From Candidatus Woesearchaeota archaeon (lineage in GTDB: Archaea; Nanobdellota; Nanobdellia; SCGC-AAA011-G17; JAGVZF01), in contig JAGVZD010000001.1 in assembly GCA_018302805.1 (NCBI GenBank), positions 1 to 51,290 on the forward strand: a DNA stretch of 51,290 bases. Direction: 5' to 3'. Below, piece after piece: positions 49,854 to 51,290 of the stretch; within the stretch, counting starts at the first letter, position 1; each line of letters starts with the position of its first letter. The notes beneath the pieces are model-generated. The model was given only the letters and a program-made list of their open reading frames with translations, was not told the origin of the DNA and searched no databases. The position numbers and the translations under genes are program-made.

Positions 49854-51290
49854 ATGAACTCAATACTTTCATTGATTATATCCATTTTGTTAATTCTTAG
49901 TACTAGTTTTAATGTTTCAGCAATTAATACTAATTCAGATGAACTAAAGAATCTCTATGTTGAGAATGAAATATTAGTTAAATTTAAAGAAAGCACAAAT
50001 ATTCATAATGAAATAGAAGCTTTACAAAAAATAAAATCATACAAACTAAAGTATAAATTGATTGATTTAAAACAACTAATTACAAGCACTAAGGATGATA
50101 GTTTAGGACTCACTAGGATATATAAACTAACTTTTTTTAATAAAATTAATATGGAACAAATAGTTCGATTGCTCATGCAATCTGGTGATCTTGAATATGC
50201 TGAACCAAATTATTTACTCCAACTCAGTGCGTCTCCCAATGATCCATACTTTTCTATGCAATGGTATCTCAATAATGTCGGTCAGTGTTATGATTACCCT
50301 ATTTGTTCTCCGAGAACTTCTGATGCAGATATTGATGCGATTGAAGCTTGGGATCTTGAAACTAGCTCAAATATCGTCATTGCTGTTATTGATAGTGGAT
50401 TAAAATTGAATCATCCAGATCTTCAGGGCAATATTTGGGAAAATTTGCTTGAAGTAAATGGTCAGCCAGGTATTGATGATGATTTTAATGGCTTAGTTGA
50501 TGACTTTTATGGATGGAATTATAAAGATAATAATAATCAATTACAAGATAATTTTAATCATGGTACACCAATAGCAGGTATTTATGCCGAAAGAACTAAC
50601 AATCTTCTTGGGGCCTCCGGTATTTGCTCCAATTGCAAGATAATGACTCTAAAAGTCACAGATACTAATTTATTTCCTTTAACTTTTGTAGTATCTTCCA
50701 TTAATTATGCCATTAATAAAAATGCAAAAATCATTAGTATGAGCTTTGCTACACCAAGTCCTTCAGAAACATTTAGAACAGCAATACTTAATGCTCATAA
50801 CGCTGGTATTATCATGGTTGCCAGTGCAAATAATGATAATTCATCAATCCTTAGATATCCTGCAGCATATCCAGAAGTAATTGGTGTTGCTGGTACAACT
50901 GCCCAAGATCTGAAATGGACTTCATCGAACTATGGAACATGGGTGGATATTTCTGCTCCTTCTTTGGATATTTTCTCAATTGATAGGTTGGGAAGTTATG
51001 GATTTAACGATGGTACTTCTTATGCAGCACCTATTGTTGGGGGTGTGGCAGCATTATTATTATCCAAAGATCCAAGTTTAACCAAAGCACAAGTGGAGCA
51101 AATTATATTAAATAGTTGTGATGATATTTATCCATTAAATCCACTTTATATTGGTATGCTTGGATGTGGAAGAGTTAATGCTTATAGAGCATTAATTGGA
51201 ATTCCCGGAACTTTATTAGATGTTGAAGCACATGATGGATATGTTTCAGGACAATCTGATTTAACACCTGGAGGAAGAGTAATAATTGGG
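49854..51290 (+). CDS. secreted S8 subtilisin-like protease, 3'-partial (runs off the right edge; absent from the ORF track)
   Basis: Hand translation gives 479 codons with no stop. Signal peptide MNSILSLIISILLILSTSFNVSA, I9-like propeptide, and catalytic contexts IAVIDSG (Asp), NHGTPIAG (His) and GTSYAAPIVGG (Ser). Confidence 0.85.
   Translation, partial: MNSILSLIISILLILSTSFNVSAINTNSDELKNLYVENEILVKFKESTNIHNEIEALQKIKSYKLKYKLIDLKQLITSTKDDSLGLTRIYKLTFFNKINMEQIVRLLMQSGDLEYAEPNYLLQLSASPNDPYFSMQWYLNNVGQCYDYPICSPRTSDADIDAIEAWDLETSSNIVIAVIDSGLKLNHPDLQGNIWENLLEVNGQPGIDDDFNGLVDDFYGWNYKDNNNQLQDNFNHGTPIAGIYAERTNNLLGASGICSNCKIMTLKVTDTNLFPLTFVVSSINYAINKNAKIISMSFATPSPSETFRTAILNAHNAGIIMVASANNDNSSILRYPAAYPEVIGVAGTTAQDLKWTSSNYGTWVDISAPSLDIFSIDRLGSYGFNDGTSYAAPIVGGVAALLLSKDPSLTKAQVEQIILNSCDDIYPLNPLYIGMLGCGRVNAYRALIGIPGTLLDVEAHDGYVSGQSDLTPGGRVIIG

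Noticed and set aside
969-50403. About 35 ORF-track entries lie antisense to, or out of frame within, larger well-supported genes. Examples: 969-1175, 1688-1996, 2315-2545, 2634-2957, 7926-8108, 9789-9977, 10629-10877, 17697-17888, 18292-18498, 19903-20189 (three), 24474-24707, 25965-26318, 27320-27502, 28351-28578, 29452-29691, 36203-36388, 39917-40138, 42655-43008, 43763-43969, 44208-44618, 44820-45026, 47423-47732, 47869-48898 (five), 50185-50403.
   Set aside because: Each is fully nested in a gene with clear motif or paralog support on the other strand or frame. Their translations are low-complexity (Ser/Leu/Ile/Phe-rich), as expected from reading AT-rich or repeat-rich coding DNA in the wrong frame. 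50185-50403 is out of frame within the unlisted subtilase CDS.
1-51290. CRISPR arrays or other regularly spaced short repeats.
   Set aside because: No series of identical 25-40 nt repeats with unique spacers was seen on either strand. The regularly recurring tcatc(a/t)attggcat strings are the antisense of the MPID start codons, spaced by whole genes of 700-890 nt.

Overview
AT-rich (about 25-30% G+C by eye), gene-dense window. It is almost certainly archaeal. Archaeal or eukaryal-type markers are present: ABCE1, RNA polymerase subunit Rpo10/N, RNase P Rpp21, Pth2, a class III (archaeal pilin) signal peptide, and BRE/TATA promoters 23-45 nt upstream of start codons. The low G+C, small housekeeping set and large secretome suggest a DPANN-like lineage, but that is inference only. 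RNA genes are one tRNA-Thr(CGU) and one stand-alone 5S rRNA. The outstanding feature is a 16.7 kb block of 19 co-directional genes on the minus strand (5999-22699). In it, a MoxR-class AAA+ ATPase and a vWA/MIDAS protein sit among 17 proteins of 232-296 aa. All 17 start with the same N-terminal peptide, MPID[DKQE]x[LI]xx[LIVM]E, but continue into at least five unrelated-looking body families (A x7, B x4, C x3, D x2, E x1). Most genes are separated by only 1-2 nt. I cannot match this arrangement to a described system and flag it as the candidate novel system. A second accessory block (26703-35775) is an RHS/YD polymorphic-toxin-like operon with an unusual permuted layout: the core plus toxin gene lies upstream, then a TPR lipoprotein, then a 1671 aa SpvB-N/YD shell gene with no core. 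A third block (40071-51290) is a secretome island. It holds two S8 subtilases (one with an FG-GAP propeller), a pilin-like protein with Cys/Asp-rich MopE-like repeats, a Cys-rich secreted protein and a CPBP protease. Smaller observations: nrdR with tandem NrdR-box-like palindromes, a frameshifted mgtC, a free-standing LAGLIDADG gene overlapping pth2, and conserved promoter, operator and terminator-like motifs. No CRISPR array, integrase, transposase or reverse transcriptase was seen.
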